DNA of 64,000 bases from an uncultured Thiotrichales bacterium (GCA_964636225.1 CAZWQM010000001.1:2717-66716), one strand, 5' to 3'; shown: positions 50,280 to 62,148, counted from the first letter of the stretch. Notes: generated by a model from the letters alone, not told the origin. Numbers and translations: made by a program.

Positions 50280-50564
50280 TTATTGGTTCATTTTCTCCAT
50301 GGCTTTGGAAGTCATTTCTTCTGCATTTTCCTTAGCCGCATCTTCCATCTCGCCCGCTTTTTTCATGGCATCATCAGCCATATCACCTGCTTTCTCCATC
50401 GCATCACCAGTGGCTTCTGCCGCGTCATGAGCCATCTCACCCGTTTTCTCCATAGCCGATGATGCTTCTTCCATCATGGCATCCCCTGTTTCCGGAGACA
50501 TATAGTTCAAGTAGTAATATGCTGCACCCGCGATAACGATGATCGCAATAATAATTTTAGACAT
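50280..50564 (-). CDS. small membrane-anchored Met/Asp/Glu-rich repeat protein
   Basis: N-terminal TM (KIIIAIIVIAGAAYYYL). Then degenerate 11-residue repeats (GDAMMEEASSA / MEKTGEMAHDA / AEATGDAMEKA / GDMADDAMKKA / GEMEDAAKENA…). 13 Met in 94 aa. The repeats are visible at DNA level (50300-50500). Confidence 0.5.
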   Translation of the reverse strand: MSKIIIAIIVIAGAAYYYLNYMSPETGDAMMEEASSAMEKTGEMAHDAAEATGDAMEKAGDMADDAMKKAGEMEDAAKENAEEMTSKAMEKMNQ

Positions 50565-50712
50565 TGGAACCCCTCTTTGGTCTATGAATATATTTTTAGT
50601 TTATATAAGTTATTGTTATATAGCTTTTTTTGACTCTCCAATGTCTATTTTAATACTATGCACTATTACATAGCAATTTGTTTTGCCTGAATAACATACA
50701 AATACATTTTAA

Positions 50713-52560
50713 TCACTCCAGTGCCACATTCGCAATCGAGGTCCGATTAATCGTGTAGGTGTAACCGGCGTGAAACTCTTTGCTAAACAGGGTCTTTTCA
50801 CCCGTCGACCAGATGATAGCAAGCTTATTCACGACTGTTTCATCGCCTAATCCAAAATGCGCATAGTGAGCGTCAAGTGAAAGGAACCCACCGCCTGTTT
50901 TAATCTCACGAATCTGTTTGATTTCATTTTCGCCAGTACCGGTAGCAATCAAAACCTTACAACCTATGCAATTGGCGTTGCCAATTTCATCATTAATCTT
51001 AATTGTGATGGCGTTGTTTTCTTTCAGATTATTTTTAAAAACTTTTAGCCCTCCATGTGTCGTGTTCCCAATAATGTCCAGGTCACCATCATTATCAATA
51101 TAAGTAAAGGCCGAGCTGTGATCAAAATCATCCAGGCCAAAAGAGACATGTTTTAATAAGAACTTCTCACCGTTTCTATTGTGAAAGAACATATTGGGTG
51201 AATGCGTTGTAGGTCCTACAAATGCCGCATAAACCGAACCGTTAGCAACATATATATCCTGCCAGCCATCATTATTAAAATCGCCTGAAGCCAGACCCGT
51301 GCCCAGGAAAAACGGTTCAACAAAATTACTTTCATCAATTTTATTATAGGAATCGATGCCTAAATCGACTGCTTTATACTTGGTGAAAGGCAGGGTGCCT
51401 TCAATGTTGGCGGGAGAATAAAGCGAACGTGTAACGATAAAGTTCTTTTTGCTATAGTAGTTTTCATTAACAGGTGACACAGTATCCTGCAGACCATATA
51501 AGGCAAATTTGTTGATATCTCTTCGCTGAATTGTTCCGACGTGCTTTCGATCTCCCCGCAACACTTCATTCGTGTACTGCTGTTCCCATTTTTGATCTTT
51601 ATAATCCGTAATTGTCTGTTCAACATATCCTGCTGCGATACCAAGAACTGCTACAATTGCAAACAGCAAAATGGCAAGTTTAGTACTGAATGTACGCCAA
51701 ATAATAAAACCGGAATAAACGCTGAACGTACCTAATGTAAATAACAGTGCCATGACAATGACAATAGGCACATCTGCGGCAAATAAAGATTGTGCCAGCA
51801 TGACATTAAATGCGATGGGCATAGGCAAAAATGTCCCAAATACACTGATTGTCGCAATGGCCCAAAAGGATGGATGTGTTCCAATTAGTGTGTTCGGATC
51901 CCACACATGAGAGACCAATGCACCAAGAAAACCCGCCACAAACATTAGTGGTACGGTGCGATAAACAATATAAGCAAAACTTTCTGAATAATCTTTGAAT
52001 ATTCCAAACAAGGCTTGTCCCCAGGATTCAGAATTAATCACGGGCGTATCTGGAATGGCACAGGCAATAGGTTCCTGTTCATTTTGTTTGTGTGTAATAA
52101 AAGGGACGATGACGAGAATAAGAAAGATTGTAAAATCCAGCTTTATTAATGCCACATAAAATGGAAACAACGTGAACAACATGGTTAGCACAATTATGTT
52201 CAAGGTCGGCGAACTAAACATGACTGCGAGAGATGTTTGCAGACTTCTCCCGCCTTCATACATGGCTTTGGCTATTGGAGCCACGCAGTTGACGCAAACA
52301 CCTATTGATCCACGCCCAGTTGACGGTGGTATAGCCAACTTTTTCCACAAAAGATGCTGCTTCATCAATATGAAACAACGCTTCGTGTGTGAGCGTATCT
52401 TCCAAATGAATTATACCTGTCATGTCCGCTTTACCCTGTAGGGCAGGATAACGCGACATCGTCCAGAAACTGACAACAATTGCAATGATGACGAAAAAAT
52501 TAAAATGACCCGGCGATTTCCCAATATTGATGTCAAAGCTGCCATAATTTATACGTCTGT
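50713..52560 (-). pseudogene. DUF318/YraQ-like permease fused to a CRTAC1-like (FG-GAP + ASPIC/UnbV) domain; N-terminus out of frame
   Basis: The main ORF 50713-52368 has the GVCVNCVAPIAKAM permease motif and multiple TMs, then GDFNNDGWQDIYVANG / YIDNDGDLDIIGNTTHGG (FG-GAP) and a C-terminal UnbV-like segment (…GCKVLIATGTGENEIKQIREIKTGGGFLSLDAHYAHFGLGDE…). An overlapping upstream ORF in another frame (52256-52545, …FVIIAIVVSFW…HLEDTLTHEALFHIDEAASFVEKVG…) looks like the displaced permease N-terminus. The apparent frameshift lies near 52370-52400. Confidence 0.45.
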
Positions 52561-52609
52561 AAGTTATCAGTAAGTTGAATATTAGCCATTAACCTGCATT
52601 GCCTCAATC

Positions 52610-53488
52610 ATGACAATAGATTCCACCCTCCTTAACAATGTGTTGCATAAAGCCTCTAGGTTGTTGGATCAGCTTAACTCGGCAAATAATTCAGGAAAAC
52701 AGGCGCCTCCTCCGGAAGCTCTTACATTACGCTGGCGTCAATCACAGGGACCCCAGGCGCTGACATGGGAATGCTCTATTGATTGTAATGATCTGCTGCA
52801 TATCGACCTTCAGGCAAAACAGCTTTTGGAAAATACACAACAATTTGTACAAGGATTCACGGCAAATAATGCTTTGTTGTGGGGAGCCAGAGGAACAGGA
52901 AAATCTTCTTTAATTCAAGCTGTGCTTGTACGTTTTACTCAGCAGCAACTACATATCATTGAAATTGCTCATTCAGATTTTGCCGACTGGATAGACATTG
53001 TAAGTTGGTTGAAAGCTCATTCGGACAAAAAATTTATTATTTTCTGCGATGACTTATCGTTTAATGAAAATGATTCCAGCTATAAAGAAATTAAAGCAGC
53101 ATTGGATGGCTCTCTTAGCAGCTTGCCCAATAATGCACTTATTTATGCGACCTCGAATCGACGTCATTTGTTGCCGGAAAAGCTGGCTGATAACCAGTAT
53201 GCGCAGCATATTAACGGCGATATACATCATGCAGAAGCCATTGAAGAAGCTATTTCGTTATCTGACCGATTTGGTTTATGGCTATCATTCCATGCGTTGA
53301 CGCAAGATCAGTATCTGGCAATTGTGGAACACTGGCTAAAAGCGTTTGGTGTCGAGCAAGACCCAAAAGAATATCGTGAGCTGGCATTACGCTGGGCATT
53401 GCAGCGAGGATCACGCAGCGGTCGAATTGCTAATCACTTTGCGCGTGACTATGCGGGAAAGTTTTTTATTAATGCAAACGGGCTTTAG
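52610..53488 (+). CDS. DUF815-family P-loop ATPase
   Basis: [18 protein letters not shown] Walker [11 protein letters not shown] Walker B. Length and layout typical of DUF815. Confidence 0.6.
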   Translation: MTIDSTLLNNVLHKASRLLDQLNSANNSGKQAPPPEALTLRWRQSQGPQALTWECSIDCNDLLHIDLQAKQLLENTQQFVQGFTANNALLWGARGTGKSSLIQAVLVRFTQQQLHIIEIAHSDFADWIDIVSWLKAHSDKKFIIFCDDLSFNENDSSYKEIKAALDGSLSSLPNNALIYATSNRRHLLPEKLADNQYAQHINGDIHHAEAIEEAISLSDRFGLWLSFHALTQDQYLAIVEHWLKAFGVEQDPKEYRELALRWALQRGSRSGRIANHFARDYAGKFFINANGL

Positions 53489-54432
53489 AAATACTTCCTT
53501 AAATCCATGCCTTCATAGAGTGAAGCCACTTCATCTTCATAGCCATTAAACATAAGTGTTTTTGTTTTTCTGAGTTCGCCAATTTTGCGTTCGCGTGCCT
53601 GACTCCAGCGTGGATGATCCACTTCTGGATTCACGTTGGAATAAAATCCATATTCTTTGGCAGATGCCGTATTCCAGCTGGTGGAAGGTTGGTCTTCAGT
53701 AAAGCGGATTTTAACAATCGATTTAATGCTCTTGAATCCATATTTCCAGGGTATTACCAGTCTGAGTGGTGCGCCATTCTGATTCGGCAGTTCTTTGCCA
53801 TATAAACCCACGGTTAATAGTGTCAGAGGGTGCATGGCTTCATCAATACGCAAACCTTCACGATAAGGCCAATCCAGAACCGAACGCCGCTGTCCCGGCA
53901 GATTATCCGGGTCCAGTAGGGTAGTAAACTCTACATATTTGGCTTTACTGGTGGGTTCAAAGCGTTTTAAAACCGGACCAAGTTCTAAGCCCAGCCAAGG
54001 CACAACCATTGACCATGCTTCCACGCAACGTAAGCGATAGATTCGTTCTTCCAGCTGATATGGAGATATAAAATCTTCCAGAGCCAGTGTACCGGGTTTG
54101 GCACACTCCCCTTCCACAGTGATGGCCCAAGGTTCTGTTTTTAATAAATGTGCGTTTAATTTTGGGTCACCTTTGCCTGTACCTAATTCGTAAAAATTAT
54201 TATAAGAAGTAATTTTTATTTCTTCGGTAAGCTCCTTGGCTAGAGGGTTGTCGGAGTCTTTTTTATAGTCTTTGATACTAACTTTTGCAGAACTTAATGC
54301 AGGCATTCCAAAACTAAAGGCAGCAGCCGCACCACCTGACATTTTTATGAACTCTCTTCGTCGTTTGTAAATTTCATAATCCGTGACTTCCGATTCTGAA
54401 ATGTAAGATTTGTTCTTTATTTTAATCAGCAT
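53485..54432 (-). CDS. msrP: protein-methionine-sulfoxide reductase catalytic subunit MsrP (YedY-like molybdopterin oxidoreductase)
   Basis: Twin-arginine signal ([19 protein letters not shown]) and sulfite-oxidase-family Moco domain motifs. No msrQ adjacent. Confidence 0.75.
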   Translation of the reverse strand: MLIKIKNKSYISESEVTDYEIYKRRREFIKMSGGAAAAFSFGMPALSSAKVSIKDYKKDSDNPLAKELTEEIKITSYNNFYELGTGKGDPKLNAHLLKTEPWAITVEGECAKPGTLALEDFISPYQLEERIYRLRCVEAWSMVVPWLGLELGPVLKRFEPTSKAKYVEFTTLLDPDNLPGQRRSVLDWPYREGLRIDEAMHPLTLLTVGLYGKELPNQNGAPLRLVIPWKYGFKSIKSIVKIRFTEDQPSTSWNTASAKEYGFYSNVNPEVDHPRWSQARERKIGELRKTKTLMFNGYEDEVASLYEGMDLRKYF

Positions 54433-54447
54433 GGTGATATGTCTGTT

Positions 54448-55074
54448 TTAGAAATTAAATTGTAATTCGGTGGATATAAAGTCAACGTCTTGTTTATCGT
54501 ATTCAAATCTTTCCCATTCCGCGCTGAGTCGAATTTTTTTGCTCACATCAAAATAGGATCCAATTGAATAGAATAAATCCGTTCCATTGTTACTGGTCAG
54601 CGTACTTTCCAAGCCTGAGGTGTGACCGGGATTTAGATCCCAGTTGTATATACCTCCGCGTAAAAACAGACGCTTGGAAGAGTCAATCTCAAATGTGCTT
54701 ACACCGGAGAAAAATAGAGCCTTACTGTCCAGATCGATGTCACGTTGATCTGTCAGCCAAAGTTCTTTTCCGGTAAACACATCACCCACACCAAACTCCA
54801 TTTGTTCCTTGTATTCAAACTCAATTGAAAACAAATCATTTGCACGGTATCCGCTAAGAAATTTGATTCCTGGGTCCGTATCGCTATATGTGGACGGGGC
54901 TATGGAATAATCATCCAGCTCATACCACTTTTTGGCAGGAACATGGTCCAGTCCCAGATACCACTCCGCCTGAGCGGCAGTAACCACGGCAGTAAATGTC
55001 CATGCAATCACTGCATGTCTGGTAAAACGACTGAATTTACCAATGAGCTTAATCACTCTGTTACCCGTCCCCAT
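54448..55074 (-). CDS. outer-membrane beta-barrel protein (OmpW/opacity-porin-like)
   Basis: Signal peptide (…HAVIAWTFTAVVTAAQA) after the internal Met, alternating beta-strand pattern, C-terminal …TELQFNF. Confidence 0.5.
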   Translation of the reverse strand: MGTGNRVIKLIGKFSRFTRHAVIAWTFTAVVTAAQAEWYLGLDHVPAKKWYELDDYSIAPSTYSDTDPGIKFLSGYRANDLFSIEFEYKEQMEFGVGDVFTGKELWLTDQRDIDLDSKALFFSGVSTFEIDSSKRLFLRGGIYNWDLNPGHTSGLESTLTSNNGTDLFYSIGSYFDVSKKIRLSAEWERFEYDKQDVDFISTELQFNF

Positions 55075-55162
55075 TAAATACGAGACCTGATTTATATGAA
55101 GAATATGACAATAACTTCGTTCCAAAATTCAATTTAATTACATGACATTTGACGGCACTTCA

Positions 55163-58100
55163 TTAGTTTAATGCAACTCGAGCATTTCTAAATATGCGCA
55201 TCCATGGGCTGTCCTCTTCCCAGTCATAAGGGTGCCAGGAGTGCTGCACAGTTCTAAATAGACGTTCAGGATGTGGCATCATGATGGTGAATCTTCCATC
55301 TGTATTGCTTAAAGCTGTGATACCCAGAGGTGATCCATTGGGATTTAATGGATAAATTTCAGTAGCCTCACAAGTAGAATTCACGTAGTGCATAGTATTG
55401 AGATTGGCAGCTAAAATCTGCTCACATTGTTCGCGACTTGCATCGATACGGCCTTCCCCATGCGCTACTGCCACCGGCAGAACAGAACCGTGCATGTCGC
55501 TAAACATCATGGACGGCGAATGGGTAATCTCGACATTCACCAGACGTGCCTCAAATTGTTCGGATCTATTGCGTACAAAATTTGGCCATAGCTCTGCGCC
55601 AGGAATGATTTCTCTTAGCTGAGACATCATCTGACAGCCATTGCATACGCCTAGCGCCAGTACATCTTTCCGGATAAAAAATGAATTAAATATATCACGT
55701 AAATTATTGTTATATAAAATACTACTGGCCCACCCATTGCCGGCTCCTAGAACATCTCCGTAAGAGAATCCACCACAGGCCACCAGCATATGGAAATCGG
55801 ATAATTTTTGTCTGCTAAAGATCAAATCCGTCATATGCACATCAATGGCCTCAAACCCGGCACGGTCAAACGCAGCAGCCATCTCAATTTGCCCATTGAT
55901 TCCCTGTTCGCGCAAAATAGCTGCTTTTGGTCGCAAATTTTTTGCAATATACGGGGCACAGATATCCTCATTTATATCGAAACTGGTTTTAACCACTAGG
56001 CCCGTATGTCTGTCGTCGGAAATGAGTAGTGCCTCTTGTTCAGCCACTTCGGGATTATCTCGAAGTTTCTGAATCTGAAGACTTGGTTGACTCCATATTA
56101 ATTCAAGCTCTGCACGAGATTTATTTAATAACTCACTATTATTATATGAAATAATAATATTCTCTTCAGCTGTTGGCTCACCAAGTATATGCAGACAATC
56201 TGTCAGTCCGCATTCATTTGCCAGCAAAGTTGCTTGCGCTAGATCTTCTGTGCTGATCTGTAGGACCGCACCTAATTCTTCATTAAAAAGATTTTCTAAC
56301 GCACTGTTTCCTAATTTATTAACCTGTACTTTGATACCGCATCGTCCGGCAAAAGCCATTTCACACAGGGTTGCCAATAACCCACCGTCACTGCGATCAT
56401 GGTAAGAAATAACATTAATAGTATCTCTTAACTTAATAATATAATTGATGAACTTTGAGAGTAATTCGGGATTGTCTACATCAGGGACATTGTTGTCAGA
56501 AATTTTGTAAACCTGACTCAGACATGAAGCGCCCAGTCTATTCTTCTTTTCTCCCAGATCAATCAAAACCAAATAACTGGTACCCAGATCTGTACGAATA
56601 TGTGGAGTCCAGGTTTTTCTGATGTCAGCCACTGGAGAGAATGCCGATACAATAAGTGAAACCGGCGAAACAACGTTTTTATTAACGCCTCTTTCTAGCC
56701 ATGTTGTCTGCATGGAGAGTGAGTCTTTACCTACAGGGATAGCAATATTTAAGTTTCTGCATATATTAGAAAGCGCATTAACTGTATCATATAACACACT
56801 ATCTTCATTATCATAATTGGCAGCTGCCATCCAGTTCGCAGACAGGCGAATATCATTTATTTGTTGCACATCTGCCGCCAGTAAATTAGTGATGGCTTCA
56901 CCAAGCGCCATGCGTGCGGAATTGGGTCCTGAACTCAATGCAATTGGTGTACGCTCTCCCATGGACATCGCTTCTCCAGTATAGCTTTTGAAGCTACTGG
57001 CAGTCACCGCAACATCGGCTACCGGGACCTGCCAGGGACCAACCATTTGGTCTCTCGCTACTAACCCAGTAATCGTTCTGTCTCCGATTGTGACCAGAAA
57101 TTTCTTGGAGGCGACTGTAGGATTACGCAACACGTACTCAACGGCATGCTCGATTTTTATATGTTGATAATCTGCTGATTTAGTTAATAAAGTTTTTCGG
57201 AAAGTACTGCGTTCCATTTTCGGTGGCTTTCCTAACAACACTTCCATAGGAATATCGATCGGATTTTGCCCAAATTTTGCATCCGTGACGATCAAATCCT
57301 GTTTGTCTGTTGCTTCACCAACCACTGCTACGGGGCAGCGTTCTCGTTCGCAAATTTGTTTAAATGCATCTAACTGGCTCTCCTTAATGGCAAGTACATA
57401 ACGTTCCTGGGCTTCATTACACCAAATTTCCATAGGTGACATGCCCGGTTCAGCATTAGGTACTTTGCGCAGTTCAATAATGCCTCCACGACTGACATCA
57501 TTCAGAATTTCCGGTAAAGCATTTGACAATCCTCCTGCCCCTACATCATGGATTGAGAGTATGGGATTTTTTTCCTGCAAGCCCCAGCAACGATTAATCA
57601 CTTCCTGGCAGCGTCGTTCCATTTCCGGGTTTTCACGTTGAACTGAAGCAAAGTCTAGTTGTTCGTTACTGCTACCGGAGGCCATGGAAGATGCAGCGCC
57701 TCCCCCCAGACCAATCAACATAGCGGGACCACCCAGTACGATTATCGGCGTCCCGGCAGGAATATCCTGTTTTTCTACATCGCTTTCGCGAATATTGCCC
57801 ATTCCTCCAGCAATCATAATGGGCTTATGGTAGCCTCGAACTACGCCAGCAACTTCCTGTTCAAAAGTTCTGAAATAGCCAAGCAAATTCGGGCGACCAA
57901 ACTCATTATTGAACGCGGCGGCTCCTAGGGGACCTTCAATCATAATATCCAGCGCAGAAACAATGCGCTCTGGCTTTCCATAATTAATTTCCCAAGGTTC
58001 ATGCATGCCTGGAATTTGCAGATTAGAAACGCTAAACCCACATAGACCGGCTTTAGGATAGCCACCTCGTCCGGTGGCACCTTCATCCCGAATTTCCCCA

Positions 58101-59035
58101 CCTGAACCGGTCGCGGCACCCGGAAAAGGTGAAATGGCAGTGGGGTGATTATGGGTTTCCACTTTCATGAGAATATGAATGTCTTCAGTAGAGTAGGAAT
58201 AACGGGTATCTGACTGAGCATAAAAACGTTCACCGGCATGACCCGCAATCACCGCAGAATTGTCTTTATAGGCGGAGAGCACATTATGTGGCGCATTGGC
58301 ATGAGTCGTGCGAATCATGCCAAACAGGGTTTCGTCCTGCTTTTGTCCGTCAATTGTCCAGCTGGCGTTAAATATTTTATGTCGACAATGCTCGGAATTT
58401 GCCTGAGCAAACATCATTAACTCAACATCAGATGGGCAGCGGTTTAGCTTAGTGTAATTCTCGACCAGATAATCGATTTCATCATTCGATAAAGCCAGAC
58501 CAAGCTGTGTATTGTAGCTGGCAATGTCCTGTGCCATATCTTCAATGGAAAACAGGCGCCGCACCGGGGCCGGTTCTTTATGTTTAAATAACAAAGAAAT
58601 CTGGGCGATTTTGGTCAACACGCTTTGTGTCATGCGATCATGAAGCTGCAGCAACACTTGCTGACGTCGGCTTTCATCCACTTTTCGCCAACCTGTTAGG
58701 GTGTAAAACACCCCTCTTTCCACACGGCCCGTTTGACCAAGTCCACAATGTTCAACAATATCTGTCGCCTTGCTCGACCAGGGAGAAATCGTTCCGATAC
58801 GAGGAGTTATAATTAATTGCTCATCTAATTTATAATTAGTAGAAATCGCCTGCTCTACTTTTAATAACTGGCGCAATAACCCAATTTGTTCAGAAGGCAG
58901 TACGCCAGATTTTTCTGTAAAGTAAATCCAGAAAGACTCAATAGATTCAATTTCGGGAGCAATTTTTTGAACAGAACTCAGCTGTTGCTGGCGTCTAAAA
59001 GGTGTGGCTGCAGGGCCACCGCGAAGGATCAGCAT
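55163..59035 (-). CDS. purL: phosphoribosylformylglycinamidine synthase (single-chain large PurL)
   Basis: 1290 aa. N-terminal PurS-like domain, duplicated AIRS-like domains, C-terminal glutamine amidotransferase (…GVCNGCQMM…). Intact. Confidence 0.95.
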   Translation of the reverse strand: MLILRGGPAATPFRRQQQLSSVQKIAPEIESIESFWIYFTEKSGVLPSEQIGLLRQLLKVEQAISTNYKLDEQLIITPRIGTISPWSSKATDIVEHCGLGQTGRVERGVFYTLTGWRKVDESRRQQVLLQLHDRMTQSVLTKIAQISLLFKHKEPAPVRRLFSIEDMAQDIASYNTQLGLALSNDEIDYLVENYTKLNRCPSDVELMMFAQANSEHCRHKIFNASWTIDGQKQDETLFGMIRTTHANAPHNVLSAYKDNSAVIAGHAGERFYAQSDTRYSYSTEDIHILMKVETHNHPTAISPFPGAATGSGGEIRDEGATGRGGYPKAGLCGFSVSNLQIPGMHEPWEINYGKPERIVSALDIMIEGPLGAAAFNNEFGRPNLLGYFRTFEQEVAGVVRGYHKPIMIAGGMGNIRESDVEKQDIPAGTPIIVLGGPAMLIGLGGGAASSMASGSSNEQLDFASVQRENPEMERRCQEVINRCWGLQEKNPILSIHDVGAGGLSNALPEILNDVSRGGIIELRKVPNAEPGMSPMEIWCNEAQERYVLAIKESQLDAFKQICERERCPVAVVGEATDKQDLIVTDAKFGQNPIDIPMEVLLGKPPKMERSTFRKTLLTKSADYQHIKIEHAVEYVLRNPTVASKKFLVTIGDRTITGLVARDQMVGPWQVPVADVAVTASSFKSYTGEAMSMGERTPIALSSGPNSARMALGEAITNLLAADVQQINDIRLSANWMAAANYDNEDSVLYDTVNALSNICRNLNIAIPVGKDSLSMQTTWLERGVNKNVVSPVSLIVSAFSPVADIRKTWTPHIRTDLGTSYLVLIDLGEKKNRLGASCLSQVYKISDNNVPDVDNPELLSKFINYIIKLRDTINVISYHDRSDGGLLATLCEMAFAGRCGIKVQVNKLGNSALENLFNEELGAVLQISTEDLAQATLLANECGLTDCLHILGEPTAEENIIISYNNSELLNKSRAELELIWSQPSLQIQKLRDNPEVAEQEALLISDDRHTGLVVKTSFDINEDICAPYIAKNLRPKAAILREQGINGQIEMAAAFDRAGFEAIDVHMTDLIFSRQKLSDFHMLVACGGFSYGDVLGAGNGWASSILYNNNLRDIFNSFFIRKDVLALGVCNGCQMMSQLREIIPGAELWPNFVRNRSEQFEARLVNVEITHSPSMMFSDMHGSVLPVAVAHGEGRIDASREQCEQILAANLNTMHYVNSTCEATEIYPLNPNGSPLGITALSNTDGRFTIMMPHPERLFRTVQHSWHPYDWEEDSPWMRIFRNARVALN

Positions 59036-59242
59036 AGTGTCTGAAGCTCGTATAAATGTTAGAAATCATATCAGGGGTAGTGACTATATTAGCCGAATTT
59101 TAACATTGAAACACGTAGTAAAATTAACTTTAAATTGCGCTAGTTTATTCACCAAATTGCACGAAAAGACAGAAAAATTTTTTTTGCTCATGTAACTCAC
59201 AGGTGGATTAATATAATCATTTGATTAATTCAATAACACCTC

Positions 59243-59854
59243 GTGAATCTGTCTACATCAAGTAATTCTGCATTGTTCACTAATCAGCTACCCTATGACG
59301 GTGAAGTGTATCTGGATAATCAATATTTCAGTGAAAACGAAGCCTCGCATTACTTTGATTGCTTACAGAAGGAAATTCAATGGGAACACAGGGAAATTCA
59401 GCTCTTTGGCCGATCTATTCTTCAGCCCCGTTTAATAGCCTGGCATGGTGAGCCCGGTGTGACTTATAAATACTCTGGTTTGATGATGACGACTAAGGCC
59501 TGGACGCCCAGCCTGAATGAAATCAAAAGCAGAATTGAGAACCACTTGGGTTATACGTTTAACGCCGTTTTTTTAAATAAGTACAGAAACGGCCATGACT
59601 ACATGGGCTGGCATCGTGATAATGAAAGAGTTCAAGGCTTACAGCCACTTATCATTTCCGTCAGTTTTGGCGCAAAACGCGCATTTAAATTTCGCCATTA
59701 CTATCAAAAGGGTATTGATATAAAATTTGAATTGAACAGTGGTAGTCTGTTAATCATGCAAGGAGAAACGCAGGAATATTGGTCTCATTCGCTGCCCAGA
59801 GCATTAAAAATCAGCGAAGCCAGAATCAACCTGACTTTCCGCAACATTCTGTAA
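59243..59854 (+). CDS. alkB: alpha-ketoglutarate/Fe(II)-dependent dioxygenase AlkB
   Basis: HxD…H facial triad context (GWHRDNE…) and RINLTFRNI C-terminal motif. 203 aa. Confidence 0.75.
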   Translation: MNLSTSSNSALFTNQLPYDGEVYLDNQYFSENEASHYFDCLQKEIQWEHREIQLFGRSILQPRLIAWHGEPGVTYKYSGLMMTTKAWTPSLNEIKSRIENHLGYTFNAVFLNKYRNGHDYMGWHRDNERVQGLQPLIISVSFGAKRAFKFRHYYQKGIDIKFELNSGSLLIMQGETQEYWSHSLPRALKISEARINLTFRNIL

Positions 59855-59950
59855 AAATTACGGGTTTTGTCAGCTATACAGGCAAAACAAGGCAAAATAT
59901 CTCTATATCGTGACAACTTTTACGCTAGACTAGAGTCTAACTAGAGTACT

Positions 59951-60308
59951 GGGGGCGACCTGGCTTCGACGTGGGTGACCGAACTCTAGGTGCATGCCGA
60001 GGATGTAGACACCTCGTTAAAGATTTCTGCAAACATATAGTCGCAAACGACGACAACTTTGCTCTAGCTGCCTAAAAACCAGTTTTAGAGTCGTCCGCCC
60101 TAGTGAGCTTGCGCGTTAGGATCCGGGCGTCACCTTAGCAAGATCGTGGCGAAACCTGTCTGTAGTGGAGCCATTAAACTTAGCACAGACTCGTGATTAA
60201 ACGCCCTGCCTGTCGGACCTTGATCACTAAAATAAAGACAGATCTAAGCATGTAGTACCGAAAGTGAAGAACTTGCGGACGCGGGTTCAATTCCCGCCGC
60301 CTCCACCA
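59951..60308 (+). ncRNA. ssrA: tmRNA (SsrA); tag reading frame 60043-60075 encodes ANDDNFALAA
   Basis: 5' GGGGGCGACCTGGCTTCGACGTGGG pairs with 3' …GCGGGTTCAATTCCCGCCGCCTCCACCA, forming a tRNA-Ala-like acceptor with a G3:U. The internal ORF GCA AAC GAC GAC AAC TTT GCT CTA GCT GCC TAA is the tag. Confidence 0.9.
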
Positions 60309-60347
60309 AATATCTGATGCTTGGTCTACAACGTACTGATTAGCTTA

Positions 60348-60839
<492 letters not shown>

Positions 60840-61317
60840 TTAAGAAAAAATTAATAATGAGGCTTAATTAGATCGCAATTTTGTACATTTATATAATTTA
60901 TAATTTAAATCATAACAATAGATTTTATAAATAAATTAAGTTTCAATATTTGATACATAATTTTAATAACGATATTTATTACATAATGGCCTGCATTGAT
61001 GTTCATCAATAATTTTTAGAGCACTAAATGCACTTATATTGCTAGATAAAAATTCGAGTAAAGAATTGAAATGACTGCTTTTGAGCCGTAAGCAGACTGA
61101 GTTTTATATGAATACAGTTCTAATTGTATTCCAGACTTCTGAGATAGCGATTTTTTCTAGCGCACCATCTAGCGAACGGACTTGTATTGAAGAAAATTAA
61201 ATGTAGCATGTCCATACGAGCAAGGCTTACAAATTAGCGCATCCAGCAAAAGAGCTGTGTCTTTAATTCTTTTGCAGCTAGATAGTTGTTAAGTTAAAAA
61301 AAGAAGGGCAGCGAAAG

Positions 61318-61572
61318 TTACATTTTCGCATAAATTTCGCAGTGTAGTTTTTTATTGTGGACAATCAGTCGAATACCGGCATCACGAATGCTGTTTTTAT
61401 TTTTGACATATCTTGCAGCATTTGCATAGGCACTGGACGCGTCGCTAATATTAGAAGTTATTTCATTGATAAGTTTCCAGCCATGACTTTTCAGTCTGTC
61501 TGGTTCCATGTTACTGAGACTTTTAATACTGTCCATCATGTGCTTTTCATTCCCGCAAGTGTGTGTTAACAC
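61318..61572 (-). CDS. hypothetical small protein
   Basis: 84-aa ORF in the AT-rich tmRNA-adjacent scar. No motif recognised. Confidence 0.2.
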   Translation of the reverse strand: MLTHTCGNEKHMMDSIKSLSNMEPDRLKSHGWKLINEITSNISDASSAYANAARYVKNKNSIRDAGIRLIVHNKKLHCEIYAKM

Positions 61573-61729
61573 AATGTTAGCACATCAGACTTTTGAATTC
61601 ATCTAATCTTTCATATTCAAAATTTATCAAAATTTTGTTTTCGATTTATTTTGTAAATCAAATTGTATATAACTACATAGATTGTTATAGTAAGTCGACT
61701 GAGAAATATAAAATTGACCAGTACTTCTC

Positions 61730-61996
61730 ATGCAACTATCTAGCTACATACTTGTGATCACAGCGCTATCTTTCTGCAGCCACTCAAGTGCTGAGAGTGT
61801 TTCGAACCTAGCAATTGATAGAAGTGTTTCAACTGAAGGATTTGTTACTATTAGTTGGGAGACTGCAGAAACTCTGCATTCCGTAAATCTAGAGATATCA
61901 ACCGACCCCTTATTTAAAAATACAACTGGACAAGCGCTAAAGAATGTAAGGCCGCGGAAAGAGCTTACTATAAAAAGCATGATCATGGCCTGTTAA
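61730..61996 (+). CDS. hypothetical secreted protein fragment
   Basis: Signal peptide (MQLSSYILVITALSFCSHSSA), then about 65 residues, then stop. No recognisable family. Confidence 0.25.
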   Translation: MQLSSYILVITALSFCSHSSAESVSNLAIDRSVSTEGFVTISWETAETLHSVNLEISTDPLFKNTTGQALKNVRPRKELTIKSMIMAC

Positions 61997-62148
61997 ATGT
62001 CATTGTTTACCCAGACGCTCAGCACAGTTTTGATTTGCCCATAACTACTCAGAAGTTTGCAGGTCATACGATCGGCGCGAATAGACCTGCATTGCAAGAT
62101 AGCCGAAAAAAAATTTTAGCGTTTTTTGAAAGGTATAGGTCAAAATAA
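61984..62148 (+). pseudogene. dienelactone-hydrolase-family C-terminal remnant
   Basis: Frame HGLLNVIVYPDAQHSFDLPITTQKFAGHTIGANRPALQDSRKKILAFFERYRSK* resembles the C-terminal His-containing segment of DLH-family hydrolases (…YP.A.H.F…A….FF). It is in a different frame from the upstream secreted ORF. Confidence 0.4.

Noticed and set aside
53485-54432. An msrPQ operon
   Set aside because: msrP is present but no msrQ-like heme-b membrane gene is adjacent. The gene at its 3' side is a divergent DUF815 ATPase.
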